A stretch of 64,000 nt of DNA from Anthoceros angustus (Eukaryota > Plantae > Anthocerotophyta): assembly GCA_010909165.1 (NCBI GenBank), contig MU008164.1, positions 1,302,001 to 1,366,000 on the forward strand. Direction: 5' to 3'. The notes beneath the pieces are model-generated. The model saw nothing but the letters and a program-made list of their open reading frames with translations. It did no database searches and had not been told where the DNA came from. Below are positions 27,113-39,255 of the stretch, one piece after another (the stretch's first letter is position 1; every line of letters starts with the position of its first letter). Both the position numbers and the translations under genes were made by a program.

Positions 27113-28669
27113 ATGGGAAAGGGCAAAAAGCAGCAGCGCCAGAGGCAACAGTCGCGATGCCATGATGATCTGCCATCGTCGGCCTTCGATGCAGCAGGAG
27201 CAGGAGTAGGAGTAGGAGCAGAACTACCTCATGCGGAGCACGGGCAGGATTCAGACCAGGACTATGGAGCTTTGGCCAGCGGGATCGACAGGCACGCCTT
27301 GTACCAGCGGTCTGTGCAGGTGTGTTTCCTGGTCATTACCCCATCTTCGGCTTTTTATTCAACAAGAATAACACTGAGATTGTACATTGCAGTCTCCCAA
27401 GGGGGACATCAGCTACTTGCAGAAGTTTTTCTTGACCTACATCGGCGGAAGGACTCCAATCCATCTTTGGGAAGACTTCTGCGGAACTGCTTTCATATGG
27501 TGTGGCTTTGGTGTTTGCGGTTGTGTTGAGCTGCGTCTTTCCTGGCTTGGGGCTTGTGAGTCATGGCAGGATTAGGACCTCGTTTGAAACGTGATTGCCA
27601 GTGCAGAATGGGTGCGAGGAGATGCACGGCGCACGGCATTGGGCCTGGATCTGGACAATGATGCACTCTCCTGGGGCTTAAAACATAATGTAGGGAGGCT
27701 TGGAGCTGATGCAGAGAGCAGAGTCCATCTCTTCCTCGGAAACGTTCTTCATCCTGTGTCCATGGACCAGATTGTAAGATCCTCCCATGGCTCATGCGGG
27801 AATGTGCTGCCGAGGTCCGACTGCAAAGCCTCTGGAGAGTGCGATGACTCAAAGAGTGCAGGCATTGAGGAAAAGGTGGATTCCGATGTGCCACACATTC
27901 TGGTCAATGGGGCGGACATCATCTGTGCATTCAACTACAGCTGCTGTTGCCTGCATAAGCGGTCTGATTTGGTGGCTTACTTTAGGCGAGCTCGGCAGCA
28001 CTTGAGCAGCAAGGGTGGAATCTTTGCAATGGACCTATATGGAGGTGCTTCCTCTGAATGTGCTCTAAAGCTTCGCCGCCGCTTTGAAGATTTCACGGTA
28101 TGCGTTGATAGTTTAGACACCTTGGTTTATGTAGCATTTCCAAGTTTTGCTTATTTTCTTGTGAGGGCAAGGCCTGGCTCTTCTGACCTTGCCTTCTTGC
28201 CCTTCGCTGTTTTCCAGTACACGTGGGAGCAAGAAGTATTTGATGTTCTCACACGTACAACTCGCATCAGTTTGCATTTTCAGTTGAAAAAGCAGGGTGT
28301 GTTGCGACATGCGTTCAGTTACAGTTGGCGACTGTAAGTGCCCACGGTTTTCATTTACGCTTTCATAATGTTTACCATGCAGTACGCAGTGCAGTCGCCC
28401 ATTATCCCCAGTTCGTTGTTCACGCCTGAAGAAGACTTTGTTGTTCTGTGTATAGTTGGACTCTTCCTGAAGTGCGAGATTGCCTTGATGAGGCAGGGTT
28501 TGATGCAACTTATGTGTGGGTCAGGGAGATGTCAGATTTGCAGGGAAGAGATCCTGGAGAAGACTTAGAAGATGACGATGGTCAGTATCAGGAAGCTGCC
28601 ACTTTTGAGCAAAGTGATGCATGGAATGCATATGTTGTTGCAATCTCAAAGCCACGACAATCTATCTGA
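27113..28669 (+). CDS. SAM-dependent methyltransferase-like protein (multi-exon)
   Basis: ATG 27113 (MGKGKKQ). Motifs LYQRSVQ/SPKGDISYLQKFF, EDFCGTA, ALGLDLD, ADIICAFNYSCCCLH, GGIFAMDLYGG, YTWEQ, FSYSWRL/WTLPEVRDCL, WNAYVV. GT-AG introns; TGA 28667-28669. Confidence 0.85.
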
Positions 28670-28940
28670 GAATTTTTAACATGATATGTAGATGCTCTTA
28701 AGTGCGAAACAAAATGCTTTCACTGGTTATGCAGAGCACTCCTTTATTAAGAAGTACAGCAGGTGCGATACATATTGAACAGATGTTACAGGTCACATCC
28801 ATGGGTCGCTCAAGGGGTCACTAATACCAACGTGACAGCCCCAGGCGTGTAGCCCAAACTGTAGAACGCACAGAAGCGCATGGAAAACAGGTATTTTCCT
28901 TGAAAAGATCGATGTTGAGAAAGATCCTTTTTCGTGCGCA

Positions 28941-30658
28941 CTATACTTTGGAATACGCATATGCTGCATTTCTACGCGCACAGCAACCGATGGAATACAG
29001 CAGTCCCTGCAGCGTGAAATACATTTGAGTCAGAGCCCGAGCCAGGGTCCGAACAAGACATGGTAAAGAGACAGATTGACATCGCACTGCAGACATTGAA
29101 GACAGCACTTACAAGTACAACAAAGACAATGATGTTAAAGATCGCAATGAATCGCCATCTCTGTCTCAGGTATTGTGCAACACCAGCTCTGCACCCAGAA
29201 AATTGTAGAAATTTATTAGTCTTTGGAGAAAGCAGATGATAACTCTCCGACATAAGGTAGTGAAAGTGCGAGGCTTACTTGCAGGAGCTACAATCGAAGC
29301 ACTCTACGGTGGGATCGTTACTATACAACGTGCAGTCCGGTTGAGTGCTGTTGGACTTTTGGCTAAGGTCGAAGTAGGTCGCGTTCACTATTGGATATCC
29401 ACACCTGAAGCACATTCGAACCACACGGTCAGTAAGGCCCCTGCTCACGGAAGTCACATGGCTTCCGGACAATCGCTAGGAAACATACTCTGTTGGGGGT
29501 CTGCAGCAACCCGATTGTATGGAGTTCAGTGGTCCTTGCTGGTAAAGCTTCACAGTCTGACAAAGCACAACCTTGTCATCCATCAAACAACGTGGGCCAC
29601 CAAATTTTGACCTCAAAAGAACGTGAGGGGGTCCAACTTACAGGGTAGGTTGTGGCCAAATCTTTACAGTACTTAGCCTCCACCAAGCAACTCTTCAGGT
29701 TCTTCCAGTGATCGGTATCGTTGAGCTACAAGGACAAAAAGTTATGATAGGCCTTCAATTATGATTATGCAATCGTACAGCAGGGTTGCCCCACGATTGG
29801 GTCCGCGATGCTCACCCTCTTGATTAGCCACCGGTTGTAATCACCAAGCTTGTACTCTTTAAACCTGGACCCATGAAATGGAACGTAGGTGAGCTGGACT
29901 GAATTGCAAGAAGGTGGAAATGCGATCCTGCATTCAGTTGACGGGAGAACGCAAACTTACCCTTGACCACTCACGACATGACCTGCGCCAGTGTTCGTCA
30001 CAATAAATCTGGAAATAGAAACCAGACGTTCAAAAATTCGATGGCAAGGGAGTCGAAAATAAACACGTCACGGACGTAGGTCTCAAAAGTGGGGAAGGCA
30101 ACAGAGACGGGAGCTTACGCAAACACTGTGAAGGCGCCGAGGAAGACGAGCAGAATAAACATGACAGTCAGATACTGCGAGAACTACTGTCAAGGGTGAC
30201 AACTGAAGAGGAAGAATACTACTGTACTGTAATTCAGGTAAAACACAGGGATGGATACAATCCACAGAAGGAAAGAGATGTCTCTCCAGGCTCCGATGAA
30301 GCCGACCAATGATCTGCCAACCAGGTCGTCATAAGAAATATGTGCAGTCATCATGCTCGCTGTTCCATCATGCAGGAAGGCATGTACAGATACTTACAAC
30401 ACAAAAGTGAAAACTCCGAGGACTAGGACGGGTTGCATCAAGAACTTGGCGCAATCTTGATGTCTGGTAGACAAATATATTCCTAAAGCCAGAAGGCCAA
30501 GAGAGAAAATCTGCCAAGACAAGCGGCCACACTATGAACGTCCATCGGAAGAACTCCAACTGACTTACAAGCCGAGCTGGTTGGTGGTAAGGGACTGTCA
30601 TTACCATGGTTAGAAAATTGATCCACTTGATGACGAAGGAGCTCATACCAGCCGCCAT
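28941..30658 (-). CDS. TET10: tetraspanin, TET10-like (multi-exon)
   Basis: MAAGMSSFVIKWINFLTM / IFSLGLLALGIYLSTRHQDC / KEYKLGDY / GCC.PP..CGYPIVNATYFDL..DCTLYSND..CFDCSSCKAGVAQYLRQRWRFIAIFNIIVFVV / GCCARRNAAYAYSKV*. Intron-rich structure typical of the TET10 clade. Confidence 0.85.
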
Positions 30659-32314
30659 GGCTGAAGGCCTTTACCGCTTCAAATGGGCCCTGGAACCAGC
30701 GAATAACGCGGCAGGAATTAGGCTACCAGTACCCAATGAAAAAACGGTTACAAGAAGAGAACAACACAAATCTGCCTCCTGAAGCGGCATGCACGACTCG
30801 GACTCTCCACTGAGCATGTGACAAAATCTTTGAGACACGGAGCTCATACTGTCCTAAACGAGTATCACAGCTGCGCACGCTGGTAGCATCCCTTTCTGAG
30901 AAGAAGGGCTCCAGACAGCACCATAGCAGAGGGGAACGAGCAGAGCATGCCAAAAGTCAACCGTATCATCCAGGAAACCGACAGGAAAGGCAGGAACAGT
31001 GAGGAGCAAATCCCACAGGCATACATCCCCGCTGCTCTTGCCGTATGCACCATATGATTCGCCTCAACATCATTTCTGCGTCCTCCCGGAAGATGATGAA
31101 AAAAAAAGCGCGGAAAGCCGCTAAAACTACAGCATACCATCCATGCACGAGCCAGAACGCTGTCGGCACACAAATAACACCAAAACCTGTCGAACAGGAG
31201 ATCGATTCTACCTCTCCTGACCAGTTCAAACCCGTTCCTTCCACAATCGGGTGCAGGCAGACGCTTCCACGGCATCAACCGGAGCACAAACAGCACCAAC
31301 TCTTCCGGAATTCGAACAGAATCCACAACTCTGCTCATGAACCGTCCGCAAAAGATGAGATTCCTTCACTCCATTCTCCAACAATCCGCCTTAACCAGCA
31401 ACAGCACGAAGAAGGAAGCCGCTCCCGCAGAATGCAACCCTTGCAATACCTCGAATGGAATGCATTCACTCACAGCCCCCTCACACGCAGAGGCACAGGC
31501 AGCAAAGAAGCCAGTGAAACCGGCCACGAGCACACTCCGGCGGCAGCAGCAGGCCGCGCAATCCCGATTCCCGGGCCGGTGCATGCCAGCCCGCCAGGAC
31601 CAGGCCCCGCCAACCGGCCCCGCCCGCCGACATGCACGCTCAATTCAAACGCCATCCCGGAATCAAGCCGTTGGAGCCCGGCGGTCCCCGGTGGCCCGGT
31701 GGCCCGGTGGCGGCAGTTAAGGCCGCAAACGGTCGGCTCGGTTGTGTCAGCGGACGTTACGTAAGGCGTTAATTCTTAACTCCGGTTTAGCAGGCTGACA
31801 AAGAGACGTTCACCCCAATAGCGACTCACGGCGCGAGTTCGCCCGACACCGCCATTAAGATAATCACGTTTCGAAATTCGGGCCCGGAAGAACGTTTGGC
31901 CTTCGTACTCCAGAGCTCACATATATGTTCTTCTCTGGAGCCAGGAAGCCTCAACATTCCGGCTTGTTTTACCCGCCTGGAGCAAAATTGCCTGGTGGGC
32001 TGCATTGCGCGCTCTTCCACCCTTCCGCCTCCCGATTCTTCTCTGCGAGCTCCATCCATTGAGCTCGCAATTTTGCTGGGTTGTTGTGGGATTCAGCTTC
32101 GAGAAAGCGGATTTCAGCTCGGAGGACTGACTGATTTCAGCTCGGACTTCGCTTCCAAGGCACTGGTGTGCATCAATTGAGCTCGGCATTGCTGTCGCCT
32201 GCTTCTACCAGCTTGTTGCTTTGTTTGCATTTGGATATCCTCGTTGCTGACGGAAAGGCTGAGCTTGGTCTGTGGGTGTTTTTGATTTCCGGCAGAGGCA
32301 CAAAAGGAAGAACG

Positions 32315-35230
32315 ATGGCGGGGCCGGGGCCGAAAAAGAAGCTTCATGTGGAGGTGGTGAATGCGCGGGCTTTGATGCCCAAGGACGGGCAGGGATCGGC
32401 CAATCCTTACGTGACGCTGGACTACGAGAAGCAGCGGATTCGGACCAAGGTGAAGGACAAGGATCTGAACCCGACATGGAACGAGAAGTTCGAGTTCATG
32501 CTGGCGGACGGGGGAGGGGATGGGGTGCTGGAGGTGAATGTCTACAACGACAGGAAGATGGGCCGGCCGAGCGGGTTCCTTGGGAGAGTGCGAATTCCGC
32601 TCACAGACCTGGCTGTGAAGGGGAAGGAAGCAGTGAAGTACTTCAAGCTGGAGAAGCGGAGCCTCTTCTCCCACATCAGAGGCGAGATCGGGCTGAAGAT
32701 CTACACGGAAGACATCCCTCCTCCCAAGCCAGCAGCCCCGGCAGCGGGTGGAGCAGCCGCAGCTCCAGCAGCAGCTGCTGCTCCCGCTGCGGGAGCTGCC
32801 GCAGCAGCTCCCGCAGCTGCGGCAGCTGCCCCCGCAGCTGGCGGTGACAAGAAGGATGACGGAGCGAAGAAGGATCCCGAGCCCCCGAAACCGAAGCCGG
32901 AGCCGAAGATCGCAGCTTCTGTCGATCCCAAGGAGTATAACCTCAAGATGTCTGATGCCAGGCTGGGAGGAGCGGGAGAAATGCGGCAGACCCTGGCCTA
33001 CGATCTAGTGGAGGAGATGCCGTATTTGTTTGTGAAGCTGGTGAAGGCTCGGGGTCTGGCTGCCCACAAGGATGTGAAGGATGGGAATGCCACCACCAGC
33101 GATCCCTATGCAAAGATCAGTGTTGGGTCTCTGTCTGCGAAGAGCAAGACGGTGGCCAAGAGCCTGGGCCCGGAATGGAACCAGGTGTTCGCATTCTCGA
33201 AGGGGAACCTCCATGGTGGGACTCTCCAGATCGAGCTCTTCGATGAGCCGGAGAAGCCAGAGAAGGACAAGCCTGCCAAGGACCCTGAATTCCTCGGAGT
33301 GGTGATGATGGATGTTGGGGAAGTGCCTGTGAGGAAGCCTCCGGAAAGTCCCCTGGCCCCGCAGTGGTACAAGCTGGTTGGCCCGGAGAATCGTGTGAAG
33401 GGAGATGTGATGTTGGCTGTCTGGATGGGGACTCAGGCGGATGAGGCATTCCAGGATGCATGGCAGTCGGATACCGGGGGGAATCCCAACTTCAGATCGA
33501 AGGTTTACATGTCGCCTAAGTTGTGGTACTTGAGGGTGAAGATCATTGAAGCCCAGGATTTGCTCCCGGCGGAGAAGGGGAGGGTCCCGGAGCCGAGCGT
33601 CAAGACCCATTTGGGGTCTCAGACCTACAACACCAAGCCCTCCAAGAACCGGAGCACGAGTCCGTTGTGGGACGAGGATTTGATGTTTGTTGCTGCGGAG
33701 CCGTTTGAGGACGTGTTGCATTTGATGGTGGAGGATGCGGTGGGGCCGAAGAAGGAGCTGCTGGGACAGGTTAAGATACCGTTGAATACGATTGAGAGGA
33801 GGATTGATGGGAGGCAGGTTGGGTCGAGGTGGTATGTGCTGGACAAGGATGACAAGGGGCAGTATCGGGGGAGGATTCACCTTCGGTTGTGCTTTGATGG
33901 TGGGTACCATGTGATGGAGGAGAGCACCACCCACAGCAGCTGCATGAGGCCTGCTGCGAAGCAGCTGTGGAAGCCGAGTGTGGGGATGCTGGAGCTGGGA
34001 ATTCTGGGAGCTACGGGGTTGCTTCCGATGAAGACCAATGCGGTGAACAATAGGGCCAGCACTGACTCCTACTGTGTTGCAAAGTATGGGCAGAAGTGGA
34101 TCAGGACCAGAACCATCACTGAAACATTCAATCCGAGGTGGAATGAGCAGTACACTTGGGATGTGTATGATCCATGCACTGTGCTGACGGTCTGCGTGTT
34201 TGATAATCGGCATCTGGTTGCTTCTGACAAGCCGGATGCTGTGAAGGATGCTTACATTGGGAAGGTGAGGATCCGGTTGTCTACTCTGGAGAATGACAGA
34301 GTGTATACCAATCTGTATCCCCTGCTGATGCTGACCCAGTCCGGTGTGAAGAAGCATGGGGAGCTGGAGCTGGCTGTGAGGTTCTCGGTGACCTCTACTG
34401 TGAATGTGATGCAGATCTATCTCCAGCCTCCTCTGCCTCAGATGCACTACTACCACCCTCTGGACCAGACCCAGCTGGAGTTTTTGAGGAGCTCGGCCAT
34501 GAAGATTGTGCAGGGGAGGCTGGCCAGGGCGGAGCCTCCTCTGCGGGGAGAGGTTGTGTCGTATGTGCTGGATGCGGACAGCACCATCTGGAGCATGAGG
34601 AGGAGCAAGGCGAATTTTCACAGGATCCTGTCTGTGCTGTCTAGCGCCATCGGGGTGTACAAGTGGTTCCAGGACATCTGCAAGTGGGAGAGCCGGGTGA
34701 CGACGGTGCTGGTGCACGTGCTGTTTCTGATCCTGGTGTGGTACCCGGAGCTCATCCTGCCCACGGCCTTTCTGTATCTGTTTCTGATGGGCGCCTGGAA
34801 CTACCGGTTCCGGCCGCAGGCCCCGCCCTTCATGGACGCCAAGCTCTCGCAGGGGGAGCAGATCGGGGACCCCGACGAGCTGGAAGAGGAGTTCGAGGTG
34901 CTGCCCAACCAAAAGACGCAGGAGATTCTGAAGCAGCGCTACGACCGGCTGCGGAACGTAAGCAGCAAGATCCAGAACGGGCTTGGGGAGCTGGCTTCGC
35001 AGGGGGAGAGGTTCGAGGCTCTGCTCAGCTGGAGGGACCCAAGGGCTACTCTGGTGTTCGTGCTTTTCTGTCTTGTGGCTGCCGTGGTGCTCTATGTCAC
35101 TCCCTTCCGGGTGGTGGCTGTGCTGCTGGGCATCTACGTCATGCGGCCTCCCAGCTTCAGAGATCCCCTTCCTCCCCTTCCTCTCAACTTCTTCCGCAGG
35201 CTGCCATCCAAGGCAGACAGAATTCTCTAG
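32315..35230 (+). CDS. MCTP (multiple C2 domains and transmembrane region; FTIP/QUIRKY family), intronless, ~971 aa
   Basis: Four C2 domains (KLHVEVVNARALMPKDGQGSANPYV; YDLVEEMPYLFVKLVKAR; VYMSPKLWYLRVKIIEAQDL; LELGILGATGLLPMK), Ala/Pro linker after C2A, PRT_C-type end (DELEEEF, GERFEALLSWRDPRAT, NFFRRLPS). Confidence 0.95.
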   Translation: MAGPGPKKKLHVEVVNARALMPKDGQGSANPYVTLDYEKQRIRTKVKDKDLNPTWNEKFEFMLADGGGDGVLEVNVYNDRKMGRPSGFLGRVRIPLTDLAVKGKEAVKYFKLEKRSLFSHIRGEIGLKIYTEDIPPPKPAAPAAGGAAAAPAAAAAPAAGAAAAAPAAAAAAPAAGGDKKDDGAKKDPEPPKPKPEPKIAASVDPKEYNLKMSDARLGGAGEMRQTLAYDLVEEMPYLFVKLVKARGLAAHKDVKDGNATTSDPYAKISVGSLSAKSKTVAKSLGPEWNQVFAFSKGNLHGGTLQIELFDEPEKPEKDKPAKDPEFLGVVMMDVGEVPVRKPPESPLAPQWYKLVGPENRVKGDVMLAVWMGTQADEAFQDAWQSDTGGNPNFRSKVYMSPKLWYLRVKIIEAQDLLPAEKGRVPEPSVKTHLGSQTYNTKPSKNRSTSPLWDEDLMFVAAEPFEDVLHLMVEDAVGPKKELLGQVKIPLNTIERRIDGRQVGSRWYVLDKDDKGQYRGRIHLRLCFDGGYHVMEESTTHSSCMRPAAKQLWKPSVGMLELGILGATGLLPMKTNAVNNRASTDSYCVAKYGQKWIRTRTITETFNPRWNEQYTWDVYDPCTVLTVCVFDNRHLVASDKPDAVKDAYIGKVRIRLSTLENDRVYTNLYPLLMLTQSGVKKHGELELAVRFSVTSTVNVMQIYLQPPLPQMHYYHPLDQTQLEFLRSSAMKIVQGRLARAEPPLRGEVVSYVLDADSTIWSMRRSKANFHRILSVLSSAIGVYKWFQDICKWESRVTTVLVHVLFLILVWYPELILPTAFLYLFLMGAWNYRFRPQAPPFMDAKLSQGEQIGDPDELEEEFEVLPNQKTQEILKQRYDRLRNVSSKIQNGLGELASQGERFEALLSWRDPRATLVFVLFCLVAAVVLYVTPFRVVAVLLGIYVMRPPSFRDPLPPLPLNFFRRLPSKADRIL

Positions 35231-36328
35231 AGGGTTCTGCCTTTCCTCTTCCAGCCTGCCTTCCTTCCTGGCCTGCGGACACTTCTGCAAACTTCCTTCT
35301 TCCCTTTCTGTGCAAGCTTCTTTTTTGGCTCCACTGATGTACATTGCTGTAAATTCTCCTTCGGTGCTACATCCTGTGGCAGGGAATAGGACTAGGACTA
35401 CGACTAGGACTCTAGGCCGCACCTCAGATTTTTTAGCTTACCTTTTTGGCATAGGAAGGGAAGGAGCTTAGCTAGCTAGCCAAGATAGGTTGCCTCTCTT
35501 CTCTGCCGTGTGCGGAGGACACATTTTTGTATCGGGCATGTTAGTTAGAAATTTAACAACAACGGTTTCCTTCTGTAGCCATGTGTCTCGTTGCACTATG
35601 TCACTTCCTTGTAGAAGAAGCAAGCAAGAAGTTGGCTGATCGCGTGCTTCTTGCAGGGAGGACAGTCAACTGCCAAAAATTGCGAGATTTGGTGTATAGA
35701 GAGCAGCTTGCCTGAGGGAGGTGGTGGGTGCTATGCTCCTCGTGGATGGTATGTTGTGTTACAAGCTAGGTGACAGCCTCCTCAGCTCCCACAGGAGTGC
35801 TGACAGGTGTGAGTGAATTGGGGAGGCCGTAAAATGTCTTGGCGGAGCAATCTGAAAGCATGGGAAAGCACCCAAATGAGCAAAATGTGCTGTGAAGATT
35901 TACGACCGGAGACTATGTAGAGTGCATGCACCTCTCTCTAGCATGTCGGATGTGGTAAATCCGAGCACAGACTGAGATCTGGAACCTCGATTGACCTACA
36001 CATGCCTCTCATCCGGTTATATCGGCTCTTGAGGTCACTGATTTCCTAAATCAGTCGTCTTGATCTCAATGCTTCTCACCTGTGCTCGCGTTCACTGTGA
36101 TTGCAGCTCCCCGTCGATAAGATCCGGAATGTCCGGTGTGAGTTTTGTGTGCCAACGACCCTGCTGTATGTACTGATTGGGGAAGGTGCTGCTGCAGGCA
36201 TTTAGCGTGGAAGCAGTCCAATGCGAACGCACTGGGTTGTGGGCAGCACACAGGCTGGAGCAGTGAGGGAATAATCGGTGTACAGTAGGCTTTGCCTTGG
36301 AGTGGGAAGGTGGGCTAGGGCTCTGGCT

Positions 36329-38734
36329 ATGGCTGACTTCATCAAGGAGCAGCTTCTCGTTGATGGAGTCAGCTCGGTGGCGTCACTGTCTCCTACGGGA
36401 CTGCTCCAGTGGAGTGGTGCCAAATCTGGAAGCCTCGTATTAGCTGATGATGTCCTGGGAATTGTCAAGGGTCAAGACACCATCACACTTCAGACGTTTC
36501 AGCTCACGGTGCCGGGATGTACAGATTGTGGTGGTGGCCACCCTAAGCGGGTCCGCAAGGACATTGTCCTGACTTTCACTGACCAAGAAGCACACCAGAC
36601 CTGGTTTGAAGCTATTCAGCGATGTCTTGACAGCTCAGGTACCACCAAGAATGTTCAAGCAGGCCACGCCCCGATTTTGTGTGAAGAAGAAGAAGCTCTT
36701 CGAGAGAGGGGTTTTCTTGGCACCTTTTCTCATCTGAAGAACTCTTGGCAGGGAGACCTACGCGGCTTATGGTGTTTGTGAATCCCTTTGGAGGGAAGCG
36801 CGGAGCTAAGGATGTCTTCTTCCGGACTGTGGAGCCGATGTTCAGGGCTGCTGGCATTTCCATAGTCATGAGAGGTCAGACTCGATGTAGTCTTTCTGGG
36901 GCCCATATGTATGCCACCCTTTGCATCATGGGCCGGGGTAACGTCCGCCACGCCTCTCATATGCTGGGCATCCTTCTCATGCTGATCCAGTGTTGGTAAT
37001 GACAGAGACACAATTTCAACACCATGCAAAAGACCTTGCAAAGTCGATCGATGTCTCGCAATTCGATGGTGTTGTCTGCGTCAGTGGCGATGGGGTGCTA
37101 GTTGAGGTGAGTAACTCGGTTGAGGTCCCCTTCCTTCTTTTGCATGGTAGGATGCGTCCAATCCTCAAGTTCGAGTTTGCTCATCACAGGTTCTCAATGG
37201 TTTGTTAGAAAGGGCAGATTGGGAGCGGGCAATTAAATTGCCTTTAGGAATTATTCCTGCAGGTATGTATCTTGTCTTGTACAAGGTGAAAGCGTCATGT
37301 TCCCTGCCAACCTTCAGCACCGCAAGCACCACTGCTGAGCTGGTCTTGTTCTGCTTGAAATAGGTTCAGGAAATGGTATGGCTAAGTCTGTCCTCAGTAC
37401 AGCAGGGGAACCCTGCGATGCTGCTTGTGCAACTTTCGCCATCATTCGAGGTGAGTTCTGGAAGTCCTTCAAGCATGGTGGCACCGTCTGATTCTGCTCC
37501 ATCCTCACGTTCCACCGCTCCCTATGATTTGTAGGACACACACGGGCATTGGATGTTTCTACAGTTTCACAAGGGCAAGCAAAGTTTCATAGCGTGTTGA
37601 TGCTGACGTGGGGTAAGTTTGTTTTCCTTTGCACATCTGCTACAAGTCTGCATTCCTCATACACAGCACTTGTCATCAAGTCAGTTTTTGCATCACTCAG
37701 ATCTTCTGTTTGCATGCTTTTGCAGGACTTGTTGCCGATGTAGATTTCGAGTCCGAAAAATTGAGATGGCTAGGTGGTCTTCGATTTGATGTCCAGGTCT
37801 GTACGCTTGATTTCATCACTCTGGTACATTTGAGTACTACACGTGGTCTAGAATGAACTTCGTATATTTCTTGTTTCTTGGCTTAGACTTACCTGGGCAT
37901 GGGGATCAGAAGGACAAGAATGTGATGCAAATCCTCTCTCCTGCAGACGCTGTGCCGCTTACTGTTCCTCCGGCACTACAATGGCAGCTTTGCATATATT
38001 CCTGAACCTGGCTCAGAAGGCACAGGTGAAGTCTACAGCGCAGAGCAAGATGAAAGGGGACTTCTGTCAAAGCGCGTAGAGGCAAGCGACCAAGAACGCA
38101 GCTGGCGCAAGAACGGTTACTCAGGACCTCTCGTCCCTACAGAGGGAGCTGAGTGGCGCACCATGGAAGGCTCCTTTGTCCTCCTTTGGCTGCTCAATGT
38201 TCCCTGGGCAAGCACGGATGCACAACCAGCACCTCTGGCCAAAGTAAGAACATCCTTGGTGCCATATCAGGAACAACAGTAGTGATGCTTGCCAGTTCCA
38301 GGTCTAACCAATGCCTGGTGCCTGCAGTTTTCAGATGGCTGCTTGGACTTGCTTGTAGTGAGAGAGGTCCCTCGGTGGACCCTTCTGAGCATGCTTCTAG
38401 GCCTGAAGAAGGGCACCCACATCAAATCCAAGTACGTCGAGTATTTGAAGGTACCATGGCTTGCCTAACTTCCTTCTGAAGCCATCTGAATCTGGTGGAA
38501 AAGCTGCTGTTGTAAAACTGGTGTGGCTTGGTGCAGGTGAAAGCCTTGCGGTTGGCTCCAGGCGGCATAGTTGGCAGCTCAGGGAAAGGAGGATACCTCG
38601 ACCTGGACGGTGAGGTTTTGGCCCGGGGAGAGGGTGCCTTGGGCGACAGTAGCAGTGATCCTATGGTGTATGGCCCAACCGTAGAAGTGACTGTGGAGAA
38701 GGGCCTTGCCACTATTTTTTGCCCGCCTTCATAA
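36329..38734 (+). CDS. SPHK: sphingosine kinase / long-chain-base kinase (multi-exon)
   Basis: RLMVFVNPFGGKR, VCVSGDGVLVEV/LNGL, LGIIPA/GSGNG, ADVDFESEKLRWLGGLRF, YLDLDGE; GT-AG introns; stop 38732-38734. Confidence 0.9.
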
Positions 38735-39255
38735 TAATATCTTGATTTCTGAATCGATTTGAGTCTGGACATCTCACCTTTTTCCATTAGGTGGTCAGCA
38801 TATGGGACTCCCTTCACATAAGCCAGTTCTCTCCCGGAGCAGCATCGCAGGAGAGAGAGCAAATAGTTCGATGCTCCATGCGGAACGCGTCCAATGGAAT
38901 CCCATTTGTCCGTTTGTTTGGAACCGACTTGTACTGGTTTCGTTCGACAATGAACACCAGTTCACATGAACCGGGAGTCTGTAGGGGTCCTTGCCTGTTG
39001 GCTGCTTCATCAAACACAAAGGATGTCTTCACTGCGGAGTTCTGAGAGCTCATGTCTGTACCGGCGTGTCTACGTTCCCGGCTTGGACTATTATTTCGTG
39101 TAGTTGTACACCTATACAGTCTTGTTTGCATTCAAGGCCTTCGGGTTCGGGCCGGGCTCATGGGAGCCAGCTCGAATGGTGTGGTCGTGCACAGTGCCTG
39201 GGCATCCTGGCATAGTCTGTTGTTAGACTCATCTTCCGACAGCGGTACCTGAACG

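Noticed and set aside
30865-31338. F-box-like start (IPEELVLFVLRLMPWKRL) upstream of the tetraspanin
   Set aside because: Only ~18 residues resemble an F-box; the remainder looks like UTR or intron.
33005-35422. 805-aa antisense ORF
   Set aside because: Shadow of the GC3-biased MCTP coding strand; no protein-family motifs.
37887-37897. acttacctgg, U1 snRNA 5'-like word
   Set aside because: Inside an SPHK intron with no further U1 similarity.
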